Below are positions 61,951 to 64,000 of a DNA stretch of 64,000 bases, piece after piece. Positions within the stretch are counted from its first letter, which is position 1. Every line of letters begins with the position of its first letter. Under the pieces are notes generated by a model, which was not told where the DNA came from, did not search any database, and was given only the letters and a program-made list of their open reading frames with translations. Position numbers and translations under genes: made by a program. Origin of the DNA: Mobula birostris (Eukaryota); the NCBI RefSeq assembly GCF_030028105.1, contig NC_092401.1:7598984-7662983 (forward strand). The letters are read 5' to 3'.

Positions 61951-64000
61951 AAGGTTGAAAGAGTGCAGAGAAAATTTTCAAAGTCATTGCAGGACTTGAG
62001 GACCTGATTTATAGGGAGAGTTGAATGGGTTCAGACTTTATTTTTTGGAATGAGGGAGAATGAGGGGAGATCTTATAGAAGTAAATAAAACAATGAGAGA
62101 TACAGATAGCATGAATGCACACAGACTTTTTCTAAGACTGGAGGTCATACATCAGGGGTTCACAGCCTGGGTCCACAGACTCCTTGCCTAATGGTATTGG
62201 TCCATGGCATGAAAATGGTTGGGAACCCATGTCACCGAGTGAAAGATCCACCTGAGGGAGAACTTCTTCACTCAGAGGGTGTTGGAAATGTGCAACAAGC
62301 TGCCAGTGGAAATAGCAGATGCAGGTTCAATTGCAAAGTTTAAGAGAAGTTTAGATAGATATTGGAGGGGTGTGGAGGGCTATGATCTGGCTGGGGGTAG
62401 ATGGGATAAGGCACCAAAACAGGCCAACATGGACTAGAAGGGCCAAAGGGCCTGTTTCTGTGCTGTAGTGCTCAACGGCTATTTGTCATCAACTATTTCC
62501 TCCTTTTTCTTTTCAGCAGGAACAAATCACATGATCGGAGGCTTCGCCTCTATTGATTCACTGGGTATTTTGCTTCTAATTCTTGGGAAGTTCTTGTTGA
62601 TCTCTTTTCTCACAACTCCAGTGCATGTCAGGTCTCTCCTTCCTCTCGACATTTCCAAGGTCAAGCTACTCGGTGTTTGCAGCAGTTTCTGTTTTTGTTT
62701 TGGACTGAACTTGCCCTGGACTGGAAGGCCAGTTGTGTGATACAGATGAGTGAACTGCCCACAGTCTGGCAGCGTGTGGATTCATGGAGTCCACTCTCCT
62801 CTTCCAGAATTATTGCCCCGACAGTCTGGGAAAACAGAGTGGCGGTGAGCAGCTTCTTCAGCAGATGAGAAATGACCAGATGGGAGGCTGCTTGAGCTCT
62901 GATATGAATGAGCGTGGAGAGTGGTTACAGAGCAGGGTGTCAAAGACAGGCACTATTTTCTCAGTTTGTTCTGCTTTCAGTCACATGGATGGAAGAGACT
63001 TATAAAGAAAAGGGTGAAATATGGATTACAGTTAATAGAACTTTGTAAAGCAACTCAGCTCTCGAGATTTACTTGGAGTGAAGGAAACATTAATTATATA
63101 CCATATCCCCTAATGTGAATTGTGAATAAGATAAAATAGCTGACTTTTAATCCTGAGTTTCCAGTTCCTTCTCATCAGTTCAATGTCCGTTTCCAGCTCC
63201 ATGAGTATCAATTCCTTCATGTTCTGATGTTGCTCAGGAAACATAGAACAGTACAGCACAATACAGGCCCTTTGGCCCACAATGTTGTGCCGACTTTTAA
63301 CCTACTCCCCGATCAATCTAACCCTTCCCTCCTACACAGAACATAACCCTTCATTTTTGCTTTCATCTAAGTTTTTAGCAAAGAAAAATGGGGAGAAGTC
63401 CCGAAGGATGAATTCCTTGATTGAGATCATCTCACTCTAATGCACGAAGTGTTTTTATTGACTTCCTGGAAAGTAGTTTCTGTATTTACCACGTAGTTAT
63501 GTTTTGTGGTGAATTTGCCAAAGGATGAGATTAAACAGCCTCTCCCATGAAAGAAGCCCAAACTCAATCACATACTGAATTCTGATCTCCCTCCTCAGAA
63601 TCAGAATCAAAATTCAATATCACTGCCATGTAGTAAGTCATGAAATTTGGTGTTTTGTGGCAATAAATAAAAATCTATAAATTACAATAAGAAATAGTCG
63701 TATATTTAAAGAAGATGAATTTAGTGCAAAAAGAGGGCAAAAAAGTGAGATATTATTCATGGGTTCATTCATTGTCCAGTTGTGCATATATGCAGTTCAG
63801 ATCAGAGGCGATCCCCACAATCACAATAAAGTCCAAAATATATTACCACTTTGAGTTTACTATCAGAAAACTATTTACTATCAGCCCCAGTGCTAAAGTG
63901 TCCTGTATAAAAACAAACTGAGCATCACACTCCTTGTCAGGAATAGCATTTCAGTCCCAGTGCTCATGTCTTGGAATAAAGCACAGTCTCACCGTTAGTT

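Overview
This is repeat-dense vertebrate genomic DNA. The CR1, Penelope and Rex1 repeat spectrum suggests a cartilaginous fish, probably a ray, but that is inference. The non-repeat content is two tandem paralogous minus-strand genes encoding ICAM/VCAM-family Ig-superfamily adhesion receptors, reconstructed here by hand from GT-AG boundaries. Gene B is complete: signal exon 57566-57632, four Ig exons, and a TM/tail exon 34435-34550, giving 448 aa. Gene A has a signal exon at 26115-26181 and four Ig exons down to 1702; its TM exon lies outside the window. All introns are phase 1. Most remaining sequence is retroelement-derived: CR1 LINEs (some with SGNH-esterase ORF1), two I/Nimb-clade LINEs with RNase H, Penelope-like pieces, Ty3/Gypsy gag remnants, solo-LTR-like elements, Rex1/Babar fragments and a Tc1 fragment. 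There is one 230-N assembly gap. The main points of interest are: (1) a 5'-to-3' gradient of paralog identity from 36% to 90%; (2) an intact minimal hammerhead-ribozyme core in sense orientation in intron 1 of gene A; (3) an 18.9-kb nested retroelement stack in an intron that is only 669 bp in the paralog. I found no evidence of a wholly new biological system.
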